This document shows, one piece after another, positions 12,704 to 13,553 of a stretch of DNA of 13,553 nucleotides. Each line of letters begins with the position of its first letter. The first letter of the stretch is position 1. The position numbers and the translations under genes are program-made. This DNA comes from a candidate division WOR-3 bacterium (GTDB taxonomy: Bacteria; Hydrothermota; Tepidihabitantia; Tepidihabitantales; Tepidihabitantaceae), in contig CBFGIT010000050.1 in the NCBI GenBank assembly GCA_965648905.1, positions 1-13,553 on the forward strand, written 5' to 3'. Under the pieces are notes generated by a model. The model was not told the DNA's origin. It did no database searches and saw only the letters and a program-made list of their open reading frames with translations.

Positions 12704-13553
12704 ATGCGGACCAGTGCTTTGTTCCTGGTCTGCCTCGGTTTGGCCGAGGCAGCCGTTACAATCGGCTCGGCGAATGGCCCGGTCACGCTTGATGGTCGAG
12801 GTGGCCCTGATGCCTGGGGCTATACTTGGCTTGACAGCGACACGAGTTGTCCGGACGCGCCGGTCTTCTCCTGGCACGATATCCGTTCACTCGGCACAAG
12901 GGTCAATGGGCTCTACGACGACAATGTTGTCGGCCCGGTCCCGATTGGCTTTGGCTTCCGGTTCTACTGGCACAGCTACACTGAGGTCTATGTTGGTGCC
13001 AATGGCTACATCGCGTTTGACGATGATTACCCCAACTCTTATGCCTTTCTCGACATCCCCAACCCTAAGCGCGGGAACAACAAGATATCGGCGCTTGAGG
13101 CAGACTTTGACCACACCGGTCTTACCGGCGGCCGCGGGGTCTGGTACTGGACCAACCCGGCCCGGGACAGCTTCATCGTCCAGTTCGAGAGCGTGCCGTT
13201 CACCGGCCAGACCAGCAGCCGCAACTCGTTCCAGGTTATTCTGACCAAGGCCGACAGCTCCATCACAGTCCAGTACCGGGTCCAGACCGGCGTACCGCCC
13301 GGCTCGCCCTCAGGCTGGAATCCGTACAACGACGTCATCGGGATTGAGAACATCACCGGTCTGGTCGGACTGCGCTATCTGTACGGCGGTGAGCCGTCAG
13401 GCAACCTCCCTCATGCCGGGCTGGCTCTGCGGTTCCGGCCGCCGGCAAGCACCGGGTACAGCATCCGGGACATGATGGTGAAAGAGGTGTTGAGCCGCAA
13501 CTCGAACGGGATTCACGTCAACTATCCGGCGGTGCAGCCGCTTTCGGTCTGGG
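12704..13553 (+). CDS. Secreted protein with N-terminal NIDO-like beta domain, 3'-partial (runs off the window; absent from the ORF track)
   Basis: My translation from ATG 12704 is open for 283 codons to the window end: MRTSALFLVCLGLAEAAVTIGSANGPVTLDGRGGPDAWGYTWLDSD...LYDDNVVGPVPIGFGFRFYWHSYTEVYVGANGYIAF...DSFIVQFESVPF...NSFQVILTKADSSITVQY...IGIENITGLVGL...IRDMMVKEVL. It has an SD and a signal-peptide-like N-terminus. DD...IGF-x-F-x-FY...NGYI-x-F and FQVIL are NIDO-like hallmarks. Confidence 0.88.
   Translation, partial: MRTSALFLVCLGLAEAAVTIGSANGPVTLDGRGGPDAWGYTWLDSDTSCPDAPVFSWHDIRSLGTRVNGLYDDNVVGPVPIGFGFRFYWHSYTEVYVGANGYIAFDDDYPNSYAFLDIPNPKRGNNKISALEADFDHTGLTGGRGVWYWTNPARDSFIVQFESVPFTGQTSSRNSFQVILTKADSSITVQYRVQTGVPPGSPSGWNPYNDVIGIENITGLVGLRYLYGGEPSGNLPHAGLALRFRPPASTGYSIRDMMVKEVLSRNSNGIHVNYPAVQPLSVW

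Noticed and set aside
12534..13244. 236-aa plus-strand ORF from the track
   Set aside because: Alternate frame of the real 12704 gene. It starts upstream of the promoter and has low-complexity Ser/Thr/Arg composition.

Overview
GC-rich bacterial chromosomal window with six protein genes and no rRNA, tRNA, CRISPR or mobile element that I can support. Five genes are on the minus strand. In coordinate order they are: a TPR + GAF-like + sigma54-activator-type AAA+ protein whose catalytic and sigma54-contact motifs are all degenerate and which lacks an HTH; a secreted SBBP-propeller/CARDB/Kelch-like protein with a T9SS-type C-terminal sorting domain; a PAC2-family protein; RmuC; and a second secreted protein (jelly-roll, 7 CARDB-like Ig domains, Kelch-like propeller, sorting domain). 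The sixth is a divergent plus-strand secreted NIDO-like protein, missing from the ORF track because it runs off the right end. The motif style suggests candidate phylum WOR-3 or another FCB-associated lineage (inference from recall, no search run). Every gene has its own readable promoter. The three non-secreted genes look nearly leaderless, while the three secreted-protein genes have long structured 5' UTRs with Shine-Dalgarno sites. The first ~265 bp are a cryptic degenerate 12-bp-period array. The most interesting signals are the pseudo-ATPase enhancer-binding protein, the 12-bp array, the shared lysine-ring Kelch module and the two-class leader architecture.
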